A stretch of 64,000 bases of DNA. Source: Octopus vulgaris (taxonomy: Eukaryota). The stretch covers positions 64,852,001 through 64,916,000 of the forward strand of contig OX597831.1 of NCBI GenBank assembly GCA_951406725.2. The letters are read 5' to 3'. Below the pieces are notes generated by a model, which was not told the DNA's origin, did no database searches, and saw only the letters and a program-made list of their open reading frames with translations. A program made the position numbers and the translations under genes. Numbering within the stretch: the first letter of the stretch is position 1; every line of letters starts with the position of its first letter. Of this stretch, positions 37,788 through 52,020 are shown piece by piece.

Positions 37788-38644
37788 TTTTATGCATATA
37801 TTTTGGATAACTTATATCTATTTATCTGATTAAGACTCGTTCTTCAGAATGTCATGAATCACATGATCTACGTAAACATTTCGCAGTCTGGTCACCGAGA
37901 CAAGATTTCCCAAGTTCTGAATCATTGATTTTTCTCACATTAAAGTAGGAGGAGGAAAAGGCGGGGAAAATTCCCTCCTCCTGTTCTCCTCCTCCTCCTC
38001 CTCCTCCTCTTCCTCCTCCTCCTCCTGTCCACAAGTGTCGTCTGTCGTACGGACTGAAGTATTTCTAATGACAAAAAGTAAGAGAAGGGAGACGTTTGGG
38101 AGGGGACCGGCGTATATGACGGTTCCACGAGGACAACCTCCTCACAGAGAGAGGGAGAGAGGACATCTTCCAGTGACTAATCTTCATAGAACCCAGCACG
38201 TGTCCTTAATTGTTGTTGATGTTACTGAGCACAAAACTATTCCTCGTGGCATGGGGTGAGGCTAAAAACCGATATGTCTCTCTCTCTAGCTGTCGGTATA
38301 AAACAGAAAGGTTCTGCCTTCTCTTCCCTTGTAAACACTTCCCTATGCCGTAAGGGTATCCCCACTATCGTCTCTTGACGATGTCTCATCAAGGGCAAGG
38401 TCGTTGCTTGTTTACAAACAAAACTGCATTTTCGAGGTAGGCTGATATCAATAGCTAAATAGACAGATATTCCGCTGTTACTACTACGGCAAATCATAAC
38501 ACACGACGCCATTAATTATACTAACAACACAATTAAAAATATTTGGAAAACTAAAGATTGTGTTTGTGTTAATATAAAGAAGACTATGGCGGTGTAATAG
38601 TATATATGTGTTTGTGTGTGTTTGTGTGTGTGGTGTGTGTGTGT

Positions 38645-38790
38645 GTGGCTCAGTGGTTAGGGTGTTGCAGGTACAATCGTAAAATTGTGGTTTCGTTTCC
38701 TAAACCCGGGAGATTCGTTGTGTTCTTAAGTAAAACACTTCATTTTACGTTCCTCCAGTCCACTCAGCTGGTAAAAATAAGTAACCCCGT
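38645..38790 (+). mobile_element. Decayed tRNA-derived CORE-like SINE; related copy at about 46610-46725
   Basis: GTGGCTCAGTGGTTAGGGTGTT head and TTGTGTTCTT.AGTAAAACACTTCAT block. Confidence 0.65.
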
Positions 38791-38810
38791 ACAGACTGAT
38801 CCTTTGATCC

Positions 38811-38870
<60 letters not shown>

Positions 38871-38876
<6 letters not shown>

Positions 38877-39174
38877 TATTTTGTCTGGGAGAGTCATTTT
38901 CTTATTGTGCCTTATTATTTAACACACTCACCGGTAAAATTTCCACGTTTTTAAATATTTCTATTGTCCTAAAATTTTCGTTCCGTCTTGCAACCTTTTT
39001 TGCAAGACGCAGCGAAAATTTTAGGACAATAAAGATAAGAAAAAGGTAGAAATTTTACCGGTGAGTGTGTTAAATAATAAGGCACAAAAAGAAAATGACT
39101 CTCCCCAGACACGATAGAATATGCTTCAACACACGAAATCATATAAAGAATCTTGCAAACTAAATCCCAAAACG

Positions 39175-39177
<3 letters not shown>
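38871..39177. mobile_element. Palindromic module in a (TA)n array
   Basis: About 123-bp imperfect arms (38871-38993 and 39000-39123), 6-nt loop, about 54-nt one-sided tail; no clear HHR. Confidence 0.65.
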
Positions 39178-39237
<60 letters not shown>

Positions 39238-39324
39238 GTGTGTGTATGTATACGTATATGTTAGTGTGTGTATGTGTGCGTGTGTATGTATATATGGATG
39301 TGGGTGTGGATGTCTCTGTGTGTG

Positions 39325-39415
<91 letters not shown>

Positions 39416-39474
39416 CTCATACATACATGCATACATACATATATATATAAATTATATATACGTATGTATGTATG

Positions 39475-39515
<41 letters not shown>

Positions 39516-40047
39516 CTATAATGGTTGTATTTATGGTTATTACGTAGAGGGCTGAGGACTGCGATCATGATATATGGTTCAGTATGTAGAGAACAACGAC
39601 AGAGTCAATATGTAACGCGCACGCGTGCTTATTCCAGAGAAAATACAGTCTTTTTCTTAATGACATGTTAATTCAGGAAACAGATTGTTGATTCTTTAAG
39701 GTATTCCCCCCTTTATTCTGGAGTCAGTTGCAGTTGGAGCTAGGTATTTGCTTCTTTGTCTCGAAGAGAAGATACTTTCAAAGCATTTGGTACACATAAT
39801 TCTTACGAACTTCTGAAACGACATCTGAAAGTGCTAAATGCGTTGATCGAGTGATCTTTGTTCGTGTTGGCTATAACATTTCCTATAGCAGACATCAACG
39901 ACTCTTGCATGTTTGTTGGTCTCCCTCTCAACGACGACCCAGATGAAGTCCTCCAAGGTTTTAATCAGTAGAGATAGAAGACCAAATATTAGGGGTAAGA
40001 TGATCAGGAAAATTTTCGGCCATTCACTTTTGGGTCGCGCAGGCTTT

Positions 40048-40096
<49 letters not shown>

Positions 40097-40499
40097 CCAA
40101 GCCTTGTAGGGATACGTACAGCCACTCCGTGTAAATCTTTCGAGTCAGGGCTTCACAACCGCCTCCACTGTGTCGATATAAAGCGGCCACATTGACTCTA
40201 AAACCTTGCGAGAAAAAGTGAGGAAACTTAATTTAGTTTTCATTGCTCACAATCCATTTGACCATCAGATGCCTTAAAGGAATATATTGGTCATTTGTGT
40301 CCGTCTTTGTCCACAACTATGTTTAACTCCCTGGTATCAAGTCTCTAGCACCAAACCGCTTTGAATTAAAACAAGTTCTATAATATAGTTTTTGCGAGAA
40401 AAAGTGAGGAAACATAATTTAGTTTTCATTGCTCACAATCCATTTGACCATCGCAAACGATGGAAACTTACGTGGAACTGGTACAGTCACCCGTCATTT

Positions 40500-41012
40500 T
40501 TCCTCTTCTGAGAGGAACAAGAACATGTCGGTCTCCTCGGACTGCTTGAGTTTGTTCAGCAAACGCTTTGACCGGATTTCACAGATCTCTTAGGTCTTTT
40601 AGGACATGAACTGTCCTCTTTATATAGGATTTGCACCTTGTGTCTTAGTGCACCACACCTCTAATCGATGACTTTGACACCTAGAGATGATTGACAATGG
40701 CCCTCACCGACATGCCGGTATCCTCGGTGATTATGCCCTGGACTTGATGGACAAACCCAACTCTTCTTATAATTTCTGACCTTTGAAAATGTTTTATTCT
40801 TTTGGTTCGGAAGGAACTCTTTTCTGATCTTAAACACGAAGGACCTAAAGATATTTAAGAAGGTTGCAATTTTAGAATCACTGTAGTTGGCGGCTAAGAT
40901 GAGAAGAACAGTATGCTTTTTCATTGTCTGTGTTTAATTCGAAGGGTCTATGCTGAGGTTGAGCCACTTATTGTTCTTAAACGTTTTGTTCACAAATAGC
41001 TGACGCACCCTA
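40500..41012 (-). mobile_element. maT-type transposon 5' remnant
   Basis: TIR-like AGGGTGCGTCAGCTATTTG; MKKHTVLLILAANYSDSKIATFLNIFRSFVFKIRKE is homologous to the N-terminus encoded at about 29970. Confidence 0.8.
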
Positions 41013-41099
41013 TACACACACACACACACACATACACACACACACACACACAAATACATACACGGATATAATCCAGAGAAGTTGCACAACTCTCTCGGA

Positions 41100-41850
41100 T
41101 TAGGTCTTCAGATGGGAGGTTGCATAAATACCAGCAAAAGATGTACGGCTATATTTCCAGAAGGCTTCAAAGTGACGCATTGATAGGCAACCAAAATAGT
41201 CTATCCCGATCTAACAACCAGAATATTGGTTCTCACTTTGAAGGATATATGTTTTTGCAATACAGGAGCAGGAAATAGCCACAAAATACCTGCAGAAAAA
41301 GGATAAGCCACCAAGTTTTGACAACCGATGCAAGTTCAGTGGAATAAATATTAAAATTCACACCCACATCATGAGTAGCTACCCGAAGCTATGCTCACGT
41401 TATTATCTGCCCATGAGAAATCATATCATAAGCAGAACACTATATAATGAAATAATCATACGGTGACAAATATAAGGAGGTACACTGATGTGGAGATCAT
41501 AACTCGGCATAATTTGAAAGAATACTGGAGGAAATGTCCCCAACAAGACATAAATAAAGTGCAAGCAAAATACATGATAGAAATAATGATCTGAGATGGG
41601 AAAAAGAAGCTGTGAATAGCAGCTGAAATCAGTTACCCAACAGCTGTTAAAAAAACGTTAAAAACTTACTGCAAAAGAAAATCGCTATGCCGAAATGAAG
41701 TGAAACTTGCATTTAATCCATTAGATGTTTAGCAGTAATTATTGGAACAATTTGTTACAGATTAACTACCTGGGTATCAATTTTGAGACATTTACACAAC
41801 TAATGGGAAGATTACAGCTACAAACTGTCAAGCATTCATGAAGTTCAGTA
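41100..41850 (+). mobile_element. Second R4/Dong-like lineage, decayed C-terminal region
   Basis: FAIQEQEIATKYL and THIMSSYPKLCSRYYLPMR motifs. Confidence 0.6.
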
Positions 41851-41983
41851 TGTGATGAGATCCACATACGCAAAGCCATCCATGCCTGCACCGTGTGTAC
41901 GTCTCCTCAAAAGTATATATTTACAAACATGGATACGTATATGCATACATACATTCATACACACATACATACATGCATACGTG

Positions 41984-42019
<36 letters not shown>

Positions 42020-42076
42020 AGGATATCGTGTTTTAATGTTGTCTAAATTCCACCACCTTTATCTCCATTGGTGAGA

Positions 42077-42479
42077 TACATGCATGCATGCATACATGCA
42101 TGCATGCATACATAAATACATACATACATACACACACATACATACATACATACATACATACATACACACACATACATACATACATACATACATACATGTA
42201 TACATGCATGCATACATACATACATACATACACACACACATACATACATACATACATACATGCATACATGCATGCATACATACATACATACATACATACA
42301 TACATACATACATACATACATACATACATACATACATACATACATACATACATACATGCATGCATACATACATACACACACACACACATACATACATACA
42401 TACATAGATACATGCATACATACATACATACATACATGCATGCATGCATACATAAATACATACACACATACACACACAT

Positions 42480-42510
<31 letters not shown>

Positions 42511-42753
42511 TACATACATACATACATGCATGCATACATAAATACATACATACATACACACACATACATACATACATACACACACACATAAATACATACA
42601 TACATACATACATACATACATGTATACATGCATGCATACATACATACATACACACACACATACATACATATATACATGCATACATGCATGCATGCATGCA
42701 TACATACATACAGACATACATACATACATACATACATACATACATACATACAT
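42077..42753. repeat. (ATAC)n compound microsatellite
   Basis: Seen directly; source of the many MYVC/HTYI ORFs. Confidence 0.97.
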
Positions 42754-43082
42754 AAAATAGCCACCAAGTTAAAACATAACCGGCCAGATATCGTTGTGTG
42801 TGACCACAATGTAAGGTATGTTCTGTTGTGGAAAACAGTTACCCTCAGGACACAAATATAGTAAGAAAAATACAAGAAAAAGAGGACATTTACGAACCGT
42901 TGACAAGGAGTTTACAAAGCCAGTTCTCAAGATGCACTTTCAGCTTCATACTTATTATTGTTGGAACAACAGGATACATGCCAACCTGTCTGGAGCAAGG
43001 TAAGACTGAACTCGAGATCTTAGGGAGAGAATGCATATCTTTAATTCATATGCTACAAATGATCACGATATTTGGGACTATA
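42754..43082 (+). mobile_element. R4-like restriction-like endonuclease fragment
   Basis: KLKHNRPDIVV..YPQDTNI..KEDIYEPL..IIVGTTGY. Confidence 0.75.
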
Positions 43083-43240
43083 GGCTGTGTGGTAAGTAGC
43101 TTGCTTACCAACCACATGGTTCCGGGTTCAGTCCCACTGCGTGGCACTTTGGGCAAGTGTCTTCTGCTATGGCCTCGGGCCGACCAAAACTTTGTGAGTG
43201 GATTTGGTAGACGGAAACTGAAAGAATCCCGTCGTATATA

Positions 43241-43290
<50 letters not shown>

Positions 43291-43692
43291 CGCAGGAGTG
43301 GTTTGTAGTAGGTAGCTTGCTTACCAATCATATTGTTCCGGGTTCAGTCCAACTGCGTGGCACCTAGGGCAAGTGTCTTCTACCGTAGCTTCGGGCCGTG
43401 CAAAGCCTTGTGAGTGGGTTTGGTAGACGGATACTGAAAGAAGCCCGTCGTATATGTGTATATATATATGTATGTGTGTGTATATGTTTGTGTGTCTGTG
43501 TTTGTCCCCCCAACATCGCTTGACAACCGATGGTGGTGTGTTTGCGTCCCCGTAACTTAGCGGTTCGGCAAAAGAGACCGATAGAATAAGCACTAGGCTT
43601 ACAAAGAATAAGTCCTGGGGTCGATTTGTTCGACTAAAGGCCGTGCTCCAGCGTGGCCGCAGTCAAATGACTGAAACAAGTAAAAGAGTAAG
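43083..43692 (+). mobile_element. Family B SINE 5' half (43083-43236) plus a full copy (43288-43692)
   Basis: The full copy starts inside or after the TA tract of the first. Confidence 0.9.
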
Positions 43693-44144
43693 ACCTTCTT
43701 AAGATTTAAAGGTTACTGGATAAAACAAGACACTTTCCTTCACAACCATGGTTAAAGTAGGTGACCAGTCAAAATTGACTCTAAAACTAAAAAAAAAAGA
43801 GAACATTCATCCGTACACATTTATGTGTTATACTGTCAGAATATAAAGTGGGTAGTGGTTAGGCTGACAAGAGGTTCACGTTAAGTAGATAAGCAGCTAC
43901 CCTTAAATATACCTAATATAGTGTACGCATAGAAAAGACCTAAAGAGGCCGAACTTCATCTGGCGCTCTTGCTGGCCGCTGACACGGATTTTCATCCCTC
44001 TCCGATATTTATTGTGTTTTTAACATATCAAGTCAATGAGACATATAATCTCGGGATAAATACTGCAGTAACTGGCCTATCTACAGTGTACTTATATTAA
44101 TTGCTCCAATTGCGTATACCAGATAGCTATCTGTCTATCCATCC

Positions 44145-44214
<70 letters not shown>

Positions 44215-45462
44215 GTAATCTTTCATTCTGTTTGTGTGCTTGTGTATGTGTGTGTGTGTTTGTGTGTGTGTGTGTGAGTGAGAGAGAGAGAGAGAGAGGG
44301 AGAGTGTGTGTGTGTCGAGTGCAGGCATCGCACAGCTTGCAGCAAGAGCGATATCCTTTATGACATCCATGTGATTGCTTTTAAAATTCATAAATCCAAA
44401 ACCGAAGAGCATTGCCACGTGTGATTGACAGCCATATTACTACTTCTGATTAGCCGAACGACTCTCATATGTGAATATATTCTAACGCCATCTGGTGGTG
44501 CAAACGGTAGATAGTGATGTGTAGTCGTTGTAGTAACTCGTGTTTCCTATATTTGGTCACACTCCATCGAACAAGAAGCGAAGCATGCATGTCGGTAATA
44601 TGAGACTTGCTATATATTGATCTGGTAAAATACAAATAAATAAGTTGTAGGTTCGATCCTTAATGGGAGACATCAGACACCAGATGGGGTTGCTTAAAAG
44701 TTGTTAAGTCTGTGGGATGACGCCAGCATCTAGGTTTCCATCTTCAGCTTCCTGGACTCCTCGAACTTCCCAAGACTTAGCTTCTTGCTCAAAAGCAGTC
44801 AATATTTTAGGTTCTTCTCTTCGCTCGACGGAGACCTTTCAGCGGTAATGGATCCTTCAACGCAGCCCGACCCGAACGCTAGAAATAGCAGCTGCTTCTC
44901 CCCCTACCTTAACAACGTGCTCACGCGTCTTGCTCCCTCGGCGACCTCGATCGAAAAGGCCGAATCCTGCCCTGCCTGCGCGCGCGTCACTCCTGCCCCT
45001 TCCGGTCAGCTCCTCAGCTGCTGACGTCATCCCACAAAGAAGTCATCAGGGTTACTGTTCGAATAGGAGTTATAAGTCATTTTGAAGTTGAGTGGAGTAC
45101 GGTGTGATGCTGGAGTAGAGTAAAATACGACGTTGGAGTGGATTAAGATGTGCTGACAGAATTGTGTTGGGTGTGGCATTGGAATGATGCGTATTGCGTA
45201 ATGAAAGGCACTGACTCTCAAAAGCTGTGTCCCACTGAGGATCTTGGTAAGCCGCATAAAGTCCCTCATAAACACAGCCCAACCTCTGGCCCACACGCGT
45301 GTTGCCTCAACTCTACTTTTTTCTACTATTTTTATACCCTGGACTCTACATCGTGGGGCTGGCTGATCTTGTGTCAATTCTACTCAATCACTCCTTACTC
45401 ATTCGTGTCTCTCCCTAGTCACTCATACTGCATCTAGCCCCAACTAATACTAGCCTCTAGAC

Positions 45463-45695
45463 CAGTGGTTCTCAGCCAGGGTCCACATGACCCTTGGAGG
45501 TCAATATAAGAGTTTGTTGTTAAAATTTATGTGCAATAAATTGTTTATACACAAAATATTTTAACAGTTTTTAAATACAATTCTAATAATATTTAATTAT
45601 AAATACATAATAGGATTTTTTTAACATGGAGGTCCAAGTCGAGTAAAATAGGAACCAAAGGGGTTCCTTAGGCAAAAAATGATTGAGGACCACTG
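45463..45695. mobile_element. hAT (Charlie-like) MITE
   Basis: TIRs CAGTGGT(T/C)CTCA; exact 8-bp TSD CTCTAGAC at 45455-45462 and 45696-45703. Confidence 0.92.
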
Positions 45696-46364
45696 CTCTA
45701 GACCCAATCCTGCAACCCCAGAATTTCGTCCCCTTTCTTCAAATCTTGCTCTGCATGTTTTTTTTTATACATATTCCTACAGCGTTACAAGTAACTGAAA
45801 TGGATTTTAGAATCTAGGGGTAAGCTAGATTTTTAAGTTGGTATGTAGGGGAATGCCGGCCTTTGCGTACACTAAAAACATCGATCTTACCTTTTTCGGA
45901 AGGCCTGAAAATGTTATGGACACAGTTCTTTTCTCTAGACCAAACCAATGAAAAAAAGTTCGTTACTGTTTTATGTCCTATGTAGTTTATTGTGATTTAT
46001 TGTGGAAAGATTATGGGCCTTGGGATAATTGGCTTTCTCAACATCAATGTTATTTCTTTTTCCAAGTCAACTATCATACCTGTCACTGCTCTAAATATGT
46101 GTTACTGCTCTAAATTGTTTGTGCGTCGTTTTGCTTTGCTTACAGCTTCTATGTGTTTTGTGAATGTTGTAAAGTTGTTGTATACCCTACCGACGGGGGT
46201 AGATGGAATAGCAACTGAAAACCGGAGAGTTCTTTTATTGTGCGTATGAGTGGCGTGGGAAAATGAGTAGCAAATATGGTGGCTTTATCTGTTAAAAGCT
46301 ACAAACAGAGCCAGTCTCTTTGAGAAGTGATGGATAAAATGATTGTTGTTGTTGTTGTTGTTAA

Positions 46365-46545
46365 GGCAGAATCGTTAGCACGCTGGGCAAAATGCTTAGC
46401 AGCATTTCTTTACGTTCTGAGTTCAAATTCCGCCGGGGTCGACTTTACCTTTCATCTTTTCGGGGTCGATAAATTAAGTACCAGTTGCGTACTGGGGTCG
46501 ATTAATCGACTAGTCCCTTCAGGCCTTGTACCTATAGTAGAAAGG
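46365..46545 (+). mobile_element. Family C SINE
   Basis: Family C blocks, ending in (ATT)n. Confidence 0.85.
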
Positions 46546-46605
<60 letters not shown>

Positions 46606-46854
46606 GTAACAGCGCATGGCCTAGTGGTTAGGGTGTTGCACTCACGATCGCGAGATCGCGGTTTCAATTCCTAGACCGGGTGGTGCGTTGTGTTTTTGAG
46701 TAAAACATTTCATCTCATGTTCCTTAGGCCCCTGACGTGTGGTACACCGTGCACCTGTTCAGGCAAAATCGAGAGAGTCAGCTGTTGTGCAGCACAAACA
46801 TTTGATCACCATAGACAAATATTTTGCGCGACTCGTTCGGCAAAAGCTGAACAT

Positions 46855-47150
46855 TCATCGTCGTCATCATCATCATCATCACCATCATCATCGTTTAACG
46901 TCCGTTTTCCGTGCTAGCACGGGTTGGACGGTTCGACCGGGGTCTGGGAAGCCAGGAGGCTGCACTAGGCTCCAGTCTGATCTGGCAGTGTTTCTACAGC
47001 TGGATGCCCTTCCTAACGCCAACCACTCTGTGAGTGTAGTGGGTGCTTTTTACGTGCCACCGGCACGGAAGCCAGTCAAGGCGGCACTGGCATCGGCCAC
47101 GTTCGGATGGTGCTTTTTACGTGCCGCCGGTACAGGTGTCGTAACTACAA
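46855..47150 (-). mobile_element. SINE family D with RTE-like tail
   Basis: TGGTTGGCGTTAGGAAGGGCATCCAGCTGTAGAAAC central block (Nin/Deu-like, from memory) and GGACGTTAAACGATGATGATG tail. Confidence 0.65.
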
Positions 47151-47451
47151 TTTCCATTTGATATTTATTTTGATATTGATGTACTTGACAAATGGTGTTG
47201 TTATTTAGTTGTTAGTCAGTCCAGATCGCTAACACTTATAATGATCATCTCGTTTAAAAAAATTTTTTTTTTTGATATCTAGTGTAAGTATCCCAGTCTG
47301 TATAATCTATTGGGTCCTTCCTTTTATAAAGACTTCTGAAGTGTGAATGGCGAGACATTTGGTTGACCACCGACCACGCAGAGTCTCCCTTACAAGTCGG
47401 ATGTTTGATTGGCTGATGGAGCATTTTTGTTTTTGCTTTTTTCGCTGGTTT

Positions 47452-47681
<230 letters not shown>

Positions 47682-47829
47682 TTGTTTATTACTGTTGTAC
47701 TGTAAGTGATAGTGTTGATATGGATATTGTTACATTTAAATATCGGTGATGATTATGATGATCACGGCTTCACTCTTACATCAATAGCAGCTACTGAAGT
47801 AAAAGTGCACTTGTTGTTGTTGTTGCAGC

Positions 47830-47866
<37 letters not shown>

Positions 47867-48184
47867 CCGTGTACCGAAGTTTCATCTCTCAACTTAACAT
47901 GAAAGAAACACATTAAACATTACTAATTTCCACTCAGTGGCCATATTAACAGTGGTCCATTCATTAACACCTTTGAAAGGTTTTTCAGTATATTGCTTAA
48001 TGATTTTCCTCCTCCTCCTCCTTCTCTTCCTCCTCCCAAAAAGTGACACTGACAGACTGTAAGTACCAAGAAAAAGAGGGGTAAGAGGACTCATATGATG
48101 CGAACACAGCATTAGAGCAGGAGAAAACAGCATAGCATGGTATGTAAAAAATGCCACTGAACCGTCATTATTAGAAGTAAGAAG

Positions 48185-49800
48185 GTCAGGCTTGCGTAGG
48201 ATGAAAGATTGCAAAGAGGTGGAGGTTGTCGTGGATGGATCTTTTCGGGATGGCACATGTCTGTGCCTCCCCAACAACAAGTGCCAACATCGTAGCTAAC
48301 ACCTTGGCCAAAATTTTGAACTCTGCATGCAGAGTTCTGGGCCTAAAGTTGTCAATACAATACCCTTTGTTTGAATCTTTTCTCAGCAACGCCACCGCTC
48401 CTCGGATCACAAAACTGGGAAGTCTCCCATTCCGTTGTCAGTTGCAGCAAACGTATGCTAAGAGGTCGTCGAACAAGTTTAGCATTTAAGCGTAAAGCTC
48501 GTAGGGCAGACCATCCAAACCAAGCGATGTACCATTCGTGCAGCTAGCCATTGCTTCCCATATCTCAAAGACTGTTATCAACCTTTCGCACCGCTCCGCC
48601 TCCGTTGTCGAGAGCCGCGGCAGCCCGTCGAGGTAGGACGTGAAGTCCATCCTACGACCCGGCTCACCGCTGCTCCCAAACAGTTGAGCGAAGCGTCGCT
48701 GAAAGGCCGCACAATTGTCTCGGATCAATTATCATTTGCCCGTCGTGGTCCGGAAAGGATCGGATCGTGGATTTATTTCCACGTCGTGCCTCTGCCACTC
48801 GGGTCCATTGAACAGCTTTCGTCCCTTCGTGTCTAAATGCTCGTGCCTTAGCTCTGACAACGCAACCTTTGTGTTTCGCGTTGAAGAATTGGTCGAGTGC
48901 CAATCTTGCTGCGAGTACGTCGGTCGCGATGACTTTTCTAAAAGCCTCGTCTAACTTTTTGACTAGCTCTGCCTCTACTCTATTTCTTTCTACAGCTAGT
49001 CCTTTGCTAAACCATATCGATTCTATTCTAATCGCCCTTTTCAGGGCGAACCACCATTTATTGTTGATTATTGCTCCCGTCAATGCCCTCTAAACTAGTT
49101 CACAAATCCGCTCCCTGAAATCTTTACGCGTCGGTAACAACGTGTTAGGCTTCCAGTAACCGGGTCCCTGTCTCAGAAGCCTGTCTAAGTCTACTGTACA
49201 GATCACGAACTTGTAGTCGGTGTAGTTGACTACTTTAAACTGTGGACAACCTATGCTATCCTCATCTGCTACTCAACAGAATACCCTATCTAGATACGTT
49301 CTGGATGACCCGATGCGGTTTGACCAGGTCCACACTGCCACATCTGGGAAATCCAGTTGATACCTGCCAGAGATTTGGAATCGTCTGAACAGGTTTGTGA
49401 GGCTTTTGCACCATCCTCTCTTATCTGCTAAACCCCCACAGTCCCACCTTACATCTCAAACTCCATTCCAGTCCCCCACTAACACTAAAGAGTGGGATAT
49501 TCCCAGGAAAGTTTCCAGACGTCTGAAGAAATTTGGTCGTCCTGCCCCTGTCGGGACATAGACGAGAACTAGCTTGAAAGTATGTCCTTCGCTGCCCGTC
49601 ACAACGAGGGCCATTGATCCAGGAAGATCATCCGTATCATAAGATCCAGATTTTTCCGAACCATCACGGCGAGCTCGCCTACCATTCCCGGACGACTTGG
49701 AGATGCGTACACCTCAGAGTCATCGAAATTGGGTTGGAAGTCTCGTGAGTCGGAAATTCTGGATAATTATCATCAATGTTTCCTAATGTTGGCTTCACGG
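48185..49800 (-). mobile_element. L1/Tx1-clade LINE ORF2 remnant (APE endonuclease to RT N-terminus)
   Basis: YLDRVF, TDYKFV, GYWKPNTLL, KWWFALKRAI, GLDGLPYELY, DNFRPRTL.AEFKILAKVLA..QTCAIPKRSIHDNL. Confidence 0.9.
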
Positions 49801-49915
49801 TCGACGTCGCCATCTTCCTTGCCAACAATATATCCTGATGCCTACTCTAACCGTAATATCATTCTTTTCAAACCGAAATTTTTTTTTAAAAAGCTGTGAA
49901 TTACAGTCGCCATGT

Positions 49916-50219
49916 TGTTGTTTGTTCCTTCTCGAGCCATGCCTGGCTCCTAAGGGCCGTTTTCCCAGTTTCTTGGCGTATAGGTTCCCCACCTGGACGG
50001 GACGCCGGTCCGTCGCAGGTGAGCTGCAAGATGCAGGAGGAAAGAGTGAGAGAAAGTTGTGGCAAAAGAGTCAGCAGAAGTTTCACCGTTACCTTCTGCG
50101 GGAACCGCGTGGAGTTTAGGTGTTTCGCTTATAAACACACACATCGCCCGGTCTGAGATTCGAACCCGCGATCCCTCGACCGCGAGTCCGCTGCTCTAAC
50201 CACTAGGCCATGTGCCTCC
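49916..50219 (-). mobile_element. Family A1 SINE, full length
   Basis: Near-identical to 929-1240; imperfect TSD ACAG(TC/CT)GCCATGT. Confidence 0.92.
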
Positions 50220-50574
50220 ACAGCTGCCATGTGGCACCTCATTGTAATAATTCATGTCATTTCAAACAGTTTGACTTTAATTTCTCATTCATCAATGTTC
50301 CCACTGCATCTTTGAAATAAACTCATTGAAGTACAATTGCAGCTTAAAACGCTAGATGTCCTCTCATGTATCATTCAACATTAAAATGTTTATTGGAGAT
50401 CATCTAACAATTGGGCTTGTATGTCAAAATAAACTATTTCAACGCTGGTTAATGGCTTCCGTTTTATACTTAGAATGTTTAAACAGTAATACAGTCCTAT
50501 TGATGTTTTGCGTATACACGTGCGCCTGTGAGTGTATGGAGACAAATACAGACTCGTATATAGATATATGAATA

Positions 50575-50624
50575 ATGTATACATACACACATATACATAC
50601 ATAAATATATACATATGTACACAC

Positions 50625-50655
<31 letters not shown>

Positions 50656-50925
50656 CATACATACATACATACATACATAAATATATGAATGGATGGATGT
50701 ATGTGTATATATATATATATATGTATGTGTGTGTGAGTCAATATATATATACATACATCCACACACACACATATATATATATATACATACATACATATAT
50801 ACATATATATGTGTGTGTGTGTGTGAGTGTGTGAGTCAATATATATACATACATTCATACATACACACACATATATATAAATACATACGTACATATATAC
50901 ATATGTGTGTGTGTGTGTGTGTGTA
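50575..50925. repeat. Compound TA/CA/ATAC microsatellite
   Basis: Seen directly. Confidence 0.9.
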
Positions 50926-51334
50926 TTAATATATACATTGATTGGTATATACAGGCACGCCCACATACATATGCTTAAGGAAATGATTAGATATAAAAGA
51001 AAATGCATTTGGATTCACAAAGGAAAATTATATAAAATCTATACAGATGTTTAAAGCTGAATTGTGTGGTCCTCGTTGTGTAATTGCTTCTGTTGCTTCT
51101 GTTGCTACCCGTGTGAAGTTTTCCATACAACTAGAGTAAAATCTATATGAGGTTTTGTAAAGATTATGTGATTTGTGGTTGGTAAGAAATAATTTACTTT
51201 ATTTATGCCAAGACGTTCATAGATATATCAGAAACCGTTTGTAAAAAAGGAGGATGAAAGCATAATATCCCATCCTTAATAAAAGTATCTTTAAGAATCA
51301 AAAAATATCTATTAGATGGCTGGGAAATAACATT

Positions 51335-51900
51335 TACTCAACGTATTTGCTCTCAGCTTCCACCACGGCCTCAAAACGACCCCGGAACCTGACGCAGGCA
51401 TTCCTCACTGTGTCCTGTGAAGATCTTCGAACATTTCCCTGATCTTGACCACTAGCTTGGCCTTAATGTTTGCAGGTAAATTGGTTGGTGTCCTTGTCAA
51501 CCGCGCCCTTCTCATAGTAATCCATGGGATTTCCATCAAGGGGATTAGGAGGCCAGAAATCGGGGCTTGTGAAGTCATGGAAATTCTCCAACAACCACTT
51601 CTGATTCTGTCAGGATGTATGGCAAAAAAACCCGAATCCTGCTGCTACGCATATGTCCGCCCACCAACAATCTTATCCAACCAGGGTTTGACCACAGCCG
51701 TCTGAATTAAGCCTAAGGCCTTCATTCAGAGATGCAGGGACGGCATGACGTCACTCTCACTGGGGACACACCCAAAGACAATCATAGTTTGGGGAACTTG
51801 GTTTTCTTGATGTCCATGTCGCATCTTACAGCCTTTGCAGAGTCCACAAAGCATTGAATACCAGTCATGTTGTCGGCATTTTGACAACCGGGCGCGAATC
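51335..51900 (-). mobile_element. maT-type transposase catalytic remnant
   Basis: KFPQTMIVFGCV..VVKPWLDKIVGGR..QQDS..FHDFTSPDFWPPN..NPMDYY. Confidence 0.85.
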
Positions 51901-52020
51901 ATTGACACAGGCAACTTTTTTTACAATGCTGTTTTAAAATTTTAGCACAAGGCCAGCAAATTACACAGATCCCAGTGCTTAACTGGTACTTATTTTATCG
52001 ATCCTGAAAGGATGAAAGGC

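Noticed and set aside
36780-38128. Two minus-strand ORFs both beginning MEPSYT
   Set aside because: The codons differ throughout, one start is GTG, and both run into simple repeats; treated as coincidence
42033-42875. ORFs of 150-280 aa made of MYVC/HTYI/YI/CV repeats, here and throughout the window
   Set aside because: Translations of stop-free microsatellites
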